A stretch of 64,000 nt of DNA from Balanoglossus misakiensis. Lineage: Eukaryota > Animalia > Hemichordata. The stretch spans positions 7,133,129 to 7,197,128 of the forward strand of contig CM082576.2 of the NCBI GenBank assembly GCA_040954595.2. Reading direction: 5' to 3'. The notes under the pieces were generated by a model. The model saw only the letters and a program-made list of their open reading frames with translations. It made no database searches and was not told the DNA's origin. Shown in pieces: positions 22,641 to 34,995 of this stretch. Made by a program: the position numbers and the translations under genes. Position 1 is the first letter of the stretch. Every line of letters starts with the position of its first letter.

Positions 22641-25626
22641 ATGAACAACGTGTGGATCGGAGCAGAAACCGGGATCCTCAAAGGTATCGTGAAATGTTTG
22701 ATATATCTAGGCCTAAAGGTCGAATTTTGTAACGTTTCTGCTGATTCAGCGAGCTGTCAAAAATCACCAAGTGTTCGTACGTATCGACGTCAGCTCCATC
22801 CGACACGGACACTGCATCATGCTGCACAGTTCACTGGCACCAAACGCCGGAGACAAAACCTCGGGCAACATCTCGCCAGCTGCAGTACATGTACCACACC
22901 TCGAAGTTTTACCCGGTATTGTGTGTGGACGACAATACTAGGCAAAACGTCGAAGTGTACAGCACTGCAGCAGGGAGAGACCGAGCTCTGTTTGGTAGGA
23001 CTAGTATATGTATGTGTGGTTACCAATTCATCAACAAGGCGTCGTTGTGGTTGGCGGCACGGGTTCACGGCCTTGGCTGCAATGTCACATGAATGGCTCT
23101 ATTTAGGTCTCTGCGATGTAAGCCGTCATTATCGATTTGATTTGTTCCAGGTGTTGATTTAGAAAAGAGAACTGCATCCAACTATTCCAACCTGACAACT
23201 TTAACTAAAGAGCAAGAAATCACAGCAATGTGTTGGGCCAATGATGCAGAGAGTCAGGTAAGGTACTTTGTGTTTGTGTACACTCTAGAAATACTTCAGG
23301 GAAAAAGCATTTCATTTTAAAACCTTTCCCCATTAATTGCACAATAAGCAATCTATCAATTTGGCCTTGCTTCGCCCTTGCCTACAGATGTGCCTGGGAT
23401 TGAGGAATGGTGTTGTGAAGACCTTTGACCTTGACTTGGGTGAATACACAGCAGAAGATGACCGTTCAGGTAGCGAGGGGGCATTTACAGGTCTGGCCAA
23501 GGTGGATGATCATTTAATTACATGTACACAATCAGGTCTGTTGAAAGTCTGGAAAGGAGACTCAGACCAAAATGTAAGTCATTTAGAAGTTACTCCTTGA
23601 CTTGCTAAAAACTGTAGTGTCATATAGGACCAATGCCTCTCTTCAGTCTGATAGTGTGGAACGTTTTTTGGCAGTATCAACCCATAAGCCAAGTTTCATG
23701 TCTACTAATTGTTTTGATATTCACAATCACAAATGACAGCTAAACAAGCGTTTTATTCCATGTATAGGACACAACAAGGATAAGGGACCAGTGTGAAGAT
23801 TGACATGTTTTTCTTTTCAGGTTGAAATCAATGTTGGGGAAAATATTTGCAAGATGAGGCAAAACGACGAAAAGAAAAATTTTGTTGCAACAGGCGGCAA
23901 AGAGAATGATCTCAAAATCTGGGATCTGGAAAATCCGTCTGAAGCAGTATTTAAAGCTAAAAATGTAAGTATTGATGTTCGATCATATAAAAACAAGTGT
24001 CTTTATTGCTGAATTGTGTTGCAAATTTTGCTTAATTCAAGTCCACTTCCCATACAGTACAAGTTGCCCACTGTTCGGCTATGTTACAGCGCCACCAGTG
24101 GTGACTTTGGCTAATTTTTGTTTTTGGACCAAGAAAAAGGCAAACCACAGAAATTGTGCAAAATATTTATTTCAAACCTCAAATTTTGTCATCTGTTTTA
24201 ATTTTACAGGTTCGGAATGATTTTCTTGATCTGCGAGTTCCTGTCTGGGTGTGTGATATGCAGTTCCTCCCGGGAACTTCAAAAATTGTCACATGCACAG
24301 GGCACCGTCATGTAAGTTTGTCTGAAGGGGCATTGGGGAGAGAAACACAGACTAACAAACAATTTTTTGGTGCACAGCACTGCCCACTAATCTGGTGAAA
24401 AGTGGGATTTGAACAACGGTTGGGTCATGTCGGAGTTAAAGTTTATCGTTCATGTTGTATTTGACATGTAGGTGAGAGTCTACGATCCAAGTACGCCACA
24501 GAGACGGCCGGTTTTAAGTGTCGACTTTGAGGAATATCCAGTGATGGCTCTTTCCATAGTACCTGGAGCAAAGTAAGTCTGTTTCTATTCCATGTTCACT
24601 AGGAGCAATCTGCAGAGAATTGCTAGGAGTAGTTATAAGTGATTACCGATATTGAAATGACAATAGTATTTTTTTCTTGGTAGCTCTGTGATAGTCGGCA
24701 ACTCACAGGGAAGGATGGCGAGAATCGATCTCCGCAAGGGTCTGGTGCAGAAAGTGTTCAAGGGACTCGCCGGCAGCGTTCGCAGTATGCAGTGTCACCA
24801 GACAAAGCCATTGGTGGCATCCTGTGGACTGGACAGACATCTGAGAATACACAATGTCAACACAGGACAGTTGAAACAGAAGGTAAACGGCAAACTTTGC
24901 AGAATGATCTCTCCTTGACCAATACACTTCACTTGAGAGAGCGAGAGAGAGAGTGTGTTTGTGTGGGCAAAAAGCAGAGGTCAACTTTCATTGTATTCAA
25001 AGAGTGGCTTCACAAGTACATGAAACTTGATCTGCTTGGCTAACTCTTGGATAAGAGACATATTGACATGTCAGGAAAATTGGACATGTCTTGGTGTACT
25101 GTTACTCGGGAGCCAGAGTTCGGATTTTGTTTGCTGAAGAAAAACACAGCCAATACCTTACACATGTCTGTTTTTGAAGATATGCATTACATTTACATTG
25201 ATGTGTTCTTTTGTAGGTTTATCTCAAATCTAGATTGAACTGTCTGTTATTTTCAAGCAGAGAATCATCAATGGTGAGTGAAACCAAAGTTTCTGCAGAA
25301 AAGTTTCCCAGAACTTTCTGCCTAAGATGAAACATGGGGTGGGGGGGATGAGATCTGCTTTCCTTGTTATTTTTTTCACATTTGCATCAGGTGTGACCAG
25401 GTGACATTGTGTTGCTTTGTTTCCCTCACAGCCGGAAGAGTCGGAGTCTGGTGTTGGAAGAAGGAAGAGAGTGGCGGAAGACCAGGCTGGTCACTCCGGC
25501 AGTGACGACGACGATGATGTGTGGGAAAAGATGGACACCGTCGTGGAAACGTCAACTATGAGCGAAGCCCAGAAATCACAGACAATAAAAGTGTCCAAGA
25601 AAAAGAAAGTAAAGACAAAAGACTGA
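22629..25626 (+). CDS. WDR74: WD repeat-containing protein 74 (Nsa1 homolog, 60S ribosome biogenesis); exons 22629-22683, 23151-23257, 23388-23573, 23821-23964, 24210-24311, 24472-24572, 24684-24882, 25217-25273, 25432-25626; 381 aa
   Basis: Diagnostic motifs VWIGAETGILKGV, VATGGKENDLKIWDL, FKAKNVRNDFLDLRVPVW, VRVYDPSTPQRRPV, GLAGSVRS, ASCGLDRHLRIH and KVYLKSRLNCLL, plus an acidic/basic tail. All introns are GT-AG; total 1146 nt in frame; AATAAA at 25649. Confidence 0.95.
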
Positions 25627-28049
25627 AAATTTAAGAGCGTTACGTGTAAATAAAAGAACTTTTAACACGATATGTGCATCGCTATATGGATGATTGATCG
25701 ATGTAACAGTAGTCGTACTTTCCCACTTTCTGTTCATGTTATACATAGGCCAGCAGATGTGGGTAAATTCTGTATCAAAAGTAAATTGTAAATCTCTTGT
25801 CACGATGACTGGATGGAAACGATAAAACTGATGGATTAATAGAGTCTTTTTCCAATCATGGACAATGGCCATTTATTCCCTAAATAGTTCTATTCGTGTT
25901 AACCATAAAATGCAAAAAGGGCCAATGACTTTTACGGCGAAATCCGCAGGTGTCATTGTCGACCGTTATGCGCCATTGTTGGACGAACGGTTTCCCATAA
26001 ACCTGGTTGTAGTCGATTTTAATAGGTTTTCAGTTTGTCGGCTGGACGTGAGTTTGACAAAATTAACACCACAAAACAAATTCCATAAATAGCTTGTTAA
26101 AATGTATGCGATGTTAAAACGTCCCTCAACAATAGAGTCAGCACGATTTTACTGTGGTTATATTATGTTGCTTTACGCCCGGTCTTGTCTTTGTCAAGCG
26201 TCCTTGCAATAATGGGTGAAACAACAAAAAGAACCACGTTTACGAATAGGTTCCATTTAAATCATGAAGATATTTGTAAAACTCAAATTAACGCTTTGAC
26301 GCATCATTTTCCGCATCACGTAGCCTGTTTAATCAAAGTCCGTTAGGTTCCATTTCCGCGAGACTGTTTGATCTTAGGAACTGCGAAACTGACAAAGTTT
26401 GTTTTCGATTTAATTTCTTTGCACGCGGTGTAGCGGGCAATCGCTCTTTTGTCGTAACTGTAATGTACCGTACAATATAATCCCCCGCGGATTTAGCCTT
26501 TGTCAACAGGTAGTGCCTTTGTGCGCATATTCCGCTACTCAGGTAGATCCCATTATACTGTATATATTTACCGTTATTCATTACAAGCAAACATGGGCTT
26601 GTTTCTCATTGTAAAAAACACGAGGTTGCGAACTCTGGTGACACTATGAAACCACGTCACCAGGACATCGTCATGCTAACGTTAGACGTGCGCTTAATGA
26701 CGTCAGAACACTCAGGTGAACGTCCGAAGGAACAGTCGGAGGGTACAACTATCAGGGTGTCAATTATCTCATCGTAGCATGCATGGCTTGCGATGCGACC
26801 TCCAGCCTGCCCTCGCGTGTACCGTGGAATGTCCGAATAAAGGGACATTGACTTGTACACCCCTCATGACCTCCCAAGCTCCTGTTTTCATATCATTAGA
26901 AAAATAACATGATTACAATTCTTCATTTTCATTACCTCTGCAATAATGCTGTCTCTTTTTTACATATTTATAGTGTGCTTCTTCAGTCTGAAATCACATT
27001 ATAACCCATTGTTTTTTAGTAATCTTACTTAAGTTATAACGGCAAACAACAGATGATGGACAGGCGTCACATTTTTCAGAATAGAATATCAACACGTTTG
27101 TATCCACTGTAATATAACGGTTACTGTATTGTAATTAATACAAAGGTTGCCTTTCATAGCGCTTTACAATCATCAATGGGCATACCTTTGAATTCAATAT
27201 AACGGTAATATAACGGTCATCCACACCCTGCCAGGCAGGAAGAGATAATATCTCATTTAATCTGTTGCCGAGATACAAGAACAACTATGCGTCCTTAACC
27301 AAGTTTCCTTTCTACACATCCTTTGGCGGCACGTGTTGACCAGCCGCGAAATCTGAAAACCCGTAGGGTGTCCGGTCGTTCGTTGGCCGTGTGCTGTGAC
27401 CTGAACTCGGAAAACATTAGTTCAGGTCAGGCCTTGTTTTTTGGTCTTCAACCACAGGCAATGAGATTCTCTCTGTGCTCCAATTTGCCATTCTGCGATA
27501 GTGAGATCTGTCCTCTAGCCACTGAACCCCAATGCCTCTTCACCCAAACAACAACAATAACAACAACAACAACTCAGGTATAAAACAACGAACAATGGAA
27601 TCATTAAACCGATAACACTTTCCGTCGACCGATACATAATTGGGGGGCAGGTTGTTGTTCCACCGCCAGCGAGGAAAGGACCTGTTTGCCGCGGGGCAAC
27701 AGTCTTGGGAACCCCCGCGACTCGTTTGTCTAAATCCGCCAACAAAAGGTGCAACGTATCGATTGTTTGGATGTCTTCAAGTCTGTGTAATATTTCAAGC
27801 AAAACAATCCTTTTAAAGTCTGGGGCTGTTGACAAATCATCGACGATACGTGAAGTTTTAATTGAAATAACCTTGCTGCAGTAAAAACCATCTCAGGACA
27901 CAGGTTCAACCGGTTAGATAACACTGGCCCGCACGTAAAATAATGGCCTTACTACCAAATGCGCTCACATTGCCAAAAGCGGCACTTATTTGATAAACAA
28001 GCGCGCTTCCAATGTTGAAAACTGAAAAGAGAGCAGGGGAGGGTAACTT

Positions 28050-28502
28050 TTATGGATGAGTAAATATACAGATGTTTGCTTTTTCTGTTGTGCGTTTCGC
28101 GTCGACGCGAAAAGCGTTCCTTTGATAAATCAAATATCTCGCACAAACGGAAGTCGAACTTTTTATTGTGGAGTTAGGTATGGGGCGAGAACACTAAAAG
28201 CTTTAGGTTATCGGCCCGTACTTTGCCTATTGTTCTGTCTTGTTGCCAAGACACCGGTGCTGCCAAAATTCTTGAGGGGTAAAAAAGTCAAGGTCACGTT
28301 TGTTTACTTCCAGGGAAAGGGGTGGGATCGGCCCGAAGGAAGAACGATGATATATGGAAGTTAAATTACATGTAGTTTGTTAGAACTCGCCCATCCGTTA
28401 CATTGGAAGACGAGACAGCCGGCGGATAACAAGTGGTAGACTCGACTCGATCGCGAATCCAATTCCCACGTTTTCTCTTCTTCACTTTCAGCTGAAGTAA
28501 GT
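28050..28502 (+). promoter_or_regulatory. Putative promoter and non-coding first exon of the 30.5-31.6 kb gene
   Basis: CpG-rich; palindrome TTTCGCGTCGACGCGAAA (28095-28112); Ets-like CGGAAGT (28148-28154); donor GAA|GTAAGT at 28496/28497, which could join the acceptor at 30489. Confidence 0.35.
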
Positions 28503-29261
28503 ATATTTTATAACTACTTTAAGCAGCAGATTTTGCAAAAATGTTTAATAACTTAGATTATATTTCATCATAGTTCTGTTAAAATATCGGAATTATCGAT
28601 ATCCAAAAAATATCGAGTGCGGGACGTCACTCAGGTTTGTGGTCATACGTTTGTGGCTTCTAGTCATTATGCACCTTTCTTGGAGTATATACAGGGACTA
28701 CCTATAACGCGTATGCTCATAGCCACGGAGCCCATCGACTGTGTATTTTGCATGTTACGTCGAGATTACATCACTGTACTTCAATGCATGTGTTCAGTAA
28801 ATAACTTAAATAAAGTGTCACTTACTACAGAAAAACTCGAAGAACTGAATATACTATACGTGTATTTGACACTATTGTTAAAATACACGCACGTATTCGT
28901 CATTTACGACATAATCGCGTACGTGTTACATGCCTCATACACTTGCTGAAGAGACAATGTCTTTGATACGCTGTTTGCGAAGTCCGCGGAGTTTTCAAAG
29001 TTCAAGTGTTTAATCGACGCCTGGCCGCGTCTTCCGCAGTGACGTTCTCTTTATATGTGAGAGTAGCTGAATGTGTTTATTTGTTTGTTTTGAACAATTG
29101 ACGTGAGAAAGAGAGAATTGGGAAGAGTGAGAAATGGACCGCGAGAGAGGGGAGAATAGTTCAAACCCCAGTGTGTTTGGGCATATTTCTATTGCAAGTA
29201 TACCATCCGCGGGTCATTTTTGTTAAAAATAGCACACCTGTATAATGTTTTGGACATACAG

Positions 29262-29545
29262 GTCGTAAAATTTACTACTTTCATGAAATAATGGTGATTC
29301 CCCAATACTCACGCACCACCAGCGCCGGAGATTGTCCGTCGGTTCGTCAAGAACGGACAACTGGCGCCAATTATTCTTATTTTCGTGTACCAACACAATA
29401 CAACAGAGTTTTGACGACGTGTTAATTATAGGGTGCCAATCCTTTCACTTCGTAATTTGCATAAATAAAGTCACAGGCCGTTTACCCTCCCGATACATGT
29501 ATAACAGCCACGTTGGCAGTTCTACAAGACAAACGGAGGGTATCT
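29262..29545 (+). repeat. Dispersed direct repeat, copy 1 (copy 2 at ~33238-33482)
   Basis: Shared blocks include TTTCATGAAATAATGGTGA, AGAACGGACAACTGGCGCCAAT, TTATTTTCGTGTA, CAATCCTTTCACTT and AATAAAGTCACAGGCCG. Confidence 0.85.
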
Positions 29546-30510
29546 GACATGTCATGTCAACTTGCGCTCGATTCAAGTCCAAACAGCAAATGTCACTGCG
29601 AAAAAAACACGATTTTAGCCTTTCAAGAACTCTATCAACACATCGGTTCACCAAGCAAGTGGAAGACAAACAGACACTTACACACAAGCACAGAATTTGG
29701 CAGTGGTGGATGACGATAACACTTGAAGCTGTGTGCAATCATTTTTATGTATCTTTATTTAAAAAAAACAACGAGTATACATGTACTTCCCACTAGTCCA
29801 ATATATCTATGAGAAGTTGGCGATGTGACGTGTTTGAGTATGGCATTCAAGTTGGACAACCACCCTGCACCATTTTAAATTTTATCACCAAATAATGATC
29901 TCCACCGTGACTTAATAAAGGCGGCATGCGCGTCAGAATCATAATGCTGGCCATAAGGAGAAAACTGACGTATATTAATGATTAAAAATATGCTACAAGT
30001 GGCGGCTTATCGGGGCTTTAAGATTCCCCATGCATACATGGGCAAACGGACTCTACTGGACTATGTCCGTGGAGACTTATGACCTTTGTATGACATTGCA
30101 CAGCTATACAACAGTGCGTGAATTTTAAAATCCGTAATTGCTTGTGGGTTATATTACCGACTACACCCTTGCAAATGTGTTGTTTTTAATTGCTATTAAC
30201 GCCGAGACGTTAATTAAATGTTTGTTACCATGGCGACGCTTGCCAGGGGTTGACAGTTAACTATATCAGCATTTTTTGACCAATCAGCCGCAAAATAAGC
30301 ATTAACATTCCCAAATATCCTTGTTGCTGCAATTATTATAATTCCTTTTCTGTCACCGCGTAGAAATCTGGATACACATTTCTCGCAATAGCGCTGTGAT
30401 AGCACTGCAGAGTGTTCAGCTCATAAAAGACGAATTTGTTACGTAACATTTTAATTTATTTTTTTTCCTTTCTGTTTTGCGTCCAAAAGGCATCGTTAGA
30501 CTCGTCACTC

Positions 30511-31581
30511 ATGTCGTTAACGGTTGCCGTGTTGCCCATCATGAATGGCCGTTCGTGGAACCAGACAAAGGGTTTCGATTTTGATGGCAGCGTCATCGCT
30601 CCTCAAAAGTCGACCTTCTCCGAGGCACACTTCAGAAGACGCTGTCGTCTGCACGACATCAACTTGACGAGGACCAAGAACGCCATCGTCCTTGAGTACC
30701 GCCTGGTCAGCATGGATCTAGCGCAGGAGCAGAAGCGGATGAGACGGAAACTGCAAAATCTGCAGGTGAAGAAAGGCGACATCGAACGGGAGAGACACGC
30801 CACGCGGCGTCACTCGGTGGACACCAGTAGATTAGAGGTGCCCCCGCAGGTGTTTGGGAGGAGAAAATTATCAGACGACGCGTCCTCTACGGGTTCTGAT
30901 TTGGCGCCAGGGCAGGCGAAGGCTGCGGCGCCGTCCTCCAAAACTGCAGGTGCATCTTCCGGAGGGGCGAGGCATTCCGAATACAAAGATCCGCCACCGC
31001 CGTCACCGCGAAAATCAAGCACGAACTCTACACCCAGACGGAGACTATCCAGCGAGGAGTCGTCTTCCGTGCACTCGGCGAAATCCGACGAATCGTCGCA
31101 GCCCACGAAACTCCCGGAAATAGACCTGCTCACGAGGGCGAAGGTCCAACCTGTAGTCCAAAAGTGGAAATCCTTGGCTAAGAAGAAGGGGTCGGCGGCC
31201 ACTTTCATCACGGACAATTCAGGACACGACGGCGTCTGCCTCAGTCTTGCGAGACGGAACAGCCTCCAGCACCCCGTCAGCAGTTTCGCGAACACCGAAG
31301 GCGACGATCAACCGCTGGACGCCGCACCGCAAGACATCGCTGCAGTGGCTCCCAAACCGCGCTACCAGAGGACGAACAGCCTGGCATCTGCGAAACAAGG
31401 AGGAATGTCCAACTGGCTCGGCATGAACGACAAAACTCTGAAAACCACCCGTAGAAAATCCGTTTCTAGTGTCGCCAGCGCTCCCGCACAGGACGAGAAA
31501 GACAAGAAGAAGATCTCCTTTGCAGCATTGGTCGACACTGTTATGGCGATGAAAGCATCGGGTATAATAAAAGACGTTTGA
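30511..31581 (+). CDS. Uncharacterised ~356 aa protein: N-terminal coiled coil, then Ser/Pro/Lys/Arg-rich disordered region (faint CCDC190-like resemblance)
   Basis: Long GC-rich open frame in AT-rich surroundings; polypyrimidine tract and acceptor AG at 30488-30489; first in-exon ATG at 30511 (alternative 30541); coiled-coil-like MDLAQEQKRMRRKLQNLQVKK; TGA at 31579-31581. Confidence 0.8.
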   Translation: MSLTVAVLPIMNGRSWNQTKGFDFDGSVIAPQKSTFSEAHFRRRCRLHDINLTRTKNAIVLEYRLVSMDLAQEQKRMRRKLQNLQVKKGDIERERHATRRHSVDTSRLEVPPQVFGRRKLSDDASSTGSDLAPGQAKAAAPSSKTAGASSGGARHSEYKDPPPPSPRKSSTNSTPRRRLSSEESSSVHSAKSDESSQPTKLPEIDLLTRAKVQPVVQKWKSLAKKKGSAATFITDNSGHDGVCLSLARRNSLQHPVSSFANTEGDDQPLDAAPQDIAAVAPKPRYQRTNSLASAKQGGMSNWLGMNDKTLKTTRRKSVSSVASAPAQDEKDKKKISFAALVDTVMAMKASGIIKDV

Positions 31582-33237
31582 ACAGTCAGACGGTCTATAC
31601 TTAGCACTATGTCCTTCAAAATTTTAGTGTTCAACTCGTACCTGGTCATTTAAAATTTTAAACTCATCCATGCACTTTTCTGTATTTAGTCGTAAATTAT
31701 TCTTAACTGAGTCTCTAACAGTAACATTCAAAGAAGCATTTTATTTGCTATATTCAAACTATTTGTATATATTTCCATAATCCACGACAATTCAACTATA
31801 GAATGCAGCCGTCCGTTTCATTAAACGGGTGTCATATTGTACAGACGACGTGATCAACATTATGTAATCCTTTAACAGATATCATTTGAAGAACTCGTTT
31901 TTACCGGATATGATCTTATTTTTATTTCCACGTGGGAGCCGGGTTCACTTTAATACGCATTTAAAATTACAACGCCGTTATCCGTTTACTCCCAAAACCG
32001 CTTAGCGGCCTTTCTGGCACTCGTATGCATGGCGAAAAAATGGGTCACAATTTTTTTCCGCAAAGATACGCAGACTTGGCACTCGACGAAAGATGTCTAG
32101 CGGTAGAGACTTTGGTTGCTGTGTAAGAGAATGCTCTCTCAGTACTTTTTATCACATTCCAGGTTACTTTGATATAACATGTATTTGATTGGCAGGGTCT
32201 GCCTGAACAGTGAGAACAACTAGATGACAGAAATGCCGCATCTATGCAGTTCAGGTGACTCTCGCCTTATAATTTGTAGCTGCTGAGTTTGAGTCACTGG
32301 TTGACAGTTTGCTTCTTATGGATTTTTTTTAAAACTTTGATCGAAATGTTGTGTGCTCCGTGAACATATGGTTATTTCCAAACGTCACGTCAATATTGCG
32401 AGAACAAGTTCGGACCACTGGTGACCTCGTCAAATTGTTACCCGCTTCTAAAGATCACATTTAAGGTGATAATTTTCCACGAGACTGAAACGTGTGCAGT
32501 GTGACATTAGTCAGTACTGGTGTTTGTCCAGGGTTTAGAATAGGCGTATGACAAAATTCAAACCGACCACAATTTACATAGTTGCCAAATCAATCTCATT
32601 TAACGTAAAAGACCATCGGTGCTGACCTTTCTGGGGTAATGAATATACTCGAGTAAAAGACAATAGATGTCAGTTCCACACAAAAATTATTACTTACAGA
32701 CTTGGTGTTTTATTTTCCTCTCAAATCTGGCCTCTGTTACAATGATAACACTTGCTAAACAGTTGAACATTTTCAACATATGGCATAATAATTTCATGGT
32801 TGCATCATCGCTGTAATGGTTTACATTGGTCAACAGATTGCATGTCTGTAGAAATGGATGTGGTCTACAGAAGGTCGCATGTACTACGTATGCTCAGGGA
32901 CAAAAAATGTCTGAAGTTTGTTTTCACGGACGAATTTTATGGTGTTACTTATTATCTGACATTAAAACTCCGTTTGTATCTGAGATACTGTAGTGTTTAT
33001 TTGCAGTTCTTTGACTCGATACAAAATGTTATGAAAGTTGATATATGAGTGACGAAGAAGAATTGTGTGTAAGCGTTCTTAGCTATGCCTGCAGAAAGAG
33101 AGAGAGACAGACAGACAGAGAGGAGGGCGCTATAAGCTACACAAAGGGTAATACTATTTTGGACACATTTCGACTTCTTGTAATATCTGGGTCATCTTGT
33201 TCAATACAACACTCAATTACTGCTTTGGAAATGAGGG

Positions 33238-33482
33238 TTGTAAAAGTCACCACTTTCATGAAATAATGGTGAAGATTGTCCTTCGGTTCGTCCAGAACGG
33301 ACAACTGGCGCCAATGATTTTTATTTTCGTGTATCAACACATTGCAACACAGTTTTGACGACATGTTAATGATAGGGTGACAATCCTTTCACTTTGTAAT
33401 TAGCATCAATAAAGTCACAGGCCGCTTCCCTCACTAACAGCCCTCGTTTGAAGTGCTGAAAGACGAGAGAAGGGTCTCTGGT
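33238..33482 (+). repeat. Dispersed direct repeat, copy 2 (copy 1 at ~29262-29545)
   Basis: Same blocks as copy 1, lacking a ~30-bp segment present in copy 1. Confidence 0.85.
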
Positions 33483-33589
33483 ATTTCATGCTATTTAGAG
33501 TCAAGAAAGAGGGAAGGGATGGGAGGGAGAGTACATTATGCAGAATGTACTCAGGTTGTTTCCCCTGTCATAGGTAAGTGAGCGAGAGA

Positions 33590-34040
33590 ATGTGAATCTT
33601 GACCCTGAGGGCGCTTTACAAACCACATACACGATCTTTATATTCGTTTACTTTTCCTCGCCGAGAAATGTGTCACGTTTCAATCTGCAGTTTAAATTGG
33701 TCAGTTGGGTTTTAGATTTTTTTTTGAAAACAGAGCTCGGTGTGTGTGGGTTAACAGCTGTGTGTAAAAAAAAGACATGTTTTACATCATTCTACATGTG
33801 CGCCCCAAGGGTTATATTCTTACAGACGGCCACAGAAGTCGACAAATCAGACACATTTTGTATTTTGCTGATCGTTCAGCCATTGTCAGCTAACTCAAAT
33901 TTACGAGAGTGATCCGTGGTCCCAATGTGGGCGATTTTATTGAATGACTGGTGTAGAACATCGTTTCTGGAATTGAATATTAGTAAAACTAAAGACACGC
34001 GTATTGATTAGAACACACGAGAGGAATGGAGATATTGACT
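33590..34040 (+). mobile_element. Decayed CR1-group (Rex1/Babar-like) LINE reverse-transcriptase fragment
   Basis: Across frameshifts it reads FVYFSS, LVSWVLDF, STCAPQG, RHILYFADRSAIVS*L, GPNVGDFIE and WCRTSFLELNISKTKD. This matches, in order, the RT motifs FIDFSSAF, WILDFL, GAPQG, KFADD and WC..LNVSKTKE. Confidence 0.75.
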
Positions 34041-34599
34041 GGTACTTTCATAACACCATATTAAGTGTTATGACAAAGAACATGTCTTGGTGAGGAAAAT
34101 AATAGGGTATTATTATTATATTGTGCTAATTTGAAAATTAAAAGTCCGAAAAAATTGGGCATGTAAAGATATCCTCCCTGAACACAGGAATGTGGTAAAT
34201 TCTTCCAAAACCACCAAGAAAGAGGGAGTGGTTAGGGAGAGGAATATAATGAAATTGAAAATGCAAAACACTGCGTACTTCTTCATGTATTACCTTTATA
34301 CAGACGGTACCAATGGTGCAACATCTGGGATTATTAGGCCATACGCTCAAGCATGGCTCCAAGCTAAGCGCTGTGTCCGATAACGCCAAAAGGTCTGGCG
34401 CTGATACCATGTTGTGGTCGATATGTCTTCAGTCAGGATTGTATGACCTGCAATTCTATGTGATGCAAAATGTCAAAATTGCCATTCCAGCTGAACGCGC
34501 AATGTGCTGTAAACAAACAAACAAAACGCGTCGGCGTAAACAGGTTAGCTCGATAACATCAACCGAGTTAGAGGGTCCATATTTACAGAAAGTTAATTG

Positions 34600-34995
34600 C
34601 GGAGAGCTTCCGATCTCTCATGGGCCTGACACATAGCGTGACGCGCATACATACAAGCTTACATCCATCATCTCTTTTAACGAGAATTCGCCAGTCGACC
34701 GAACCGTTTCATTTATAATTCTGAACGGCGAACGCAAACACGTCGTCAGCATGGGCGTGTGCAGGGCCGCTGGCGGACTGCCCGTGATAGCCCGCTTCAT
34801 CAAGTGATCTGATCCGTTTTACGCACTGCGGCGTTTGAACACAAGCTGGTACGGCGTATCATACGGCACGGGGATGCACAGCAGCCAACAGGGTGTGATC
34901 TGCGAGAGAGACTGATTCTAGCGTCGACGGTGCCAAATGCACCAACCATACCCTAATTACTGTTGCTAGTAACAGGTAGGGTTTAAAGGTAAGCT
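34600..34995 (+). promoter_or_regulatory. GC/CpG-rich patch ending in a strong donor; possible 5' non-coding exon of an unidentified downstream gene
   Basis: Locally high GC and CpG; AAAG|GTAAGC at 34988/34989; no matching coding exon identified in the window. Confidence 0.25.

Noticed and set aside
22130-23150. U2 snRNA gene next to WDR74, as in human
   Set aside because: The U2 5' sequence (ATCGCTTCTCGGCCTTTTGG) was not seen on either strand here.
22530-23162. 210-aa ORF
   Set aside because: Only 22629-22683 is coding in this frame (WDR74 exon 1); the rest is UTR and intron read-through.
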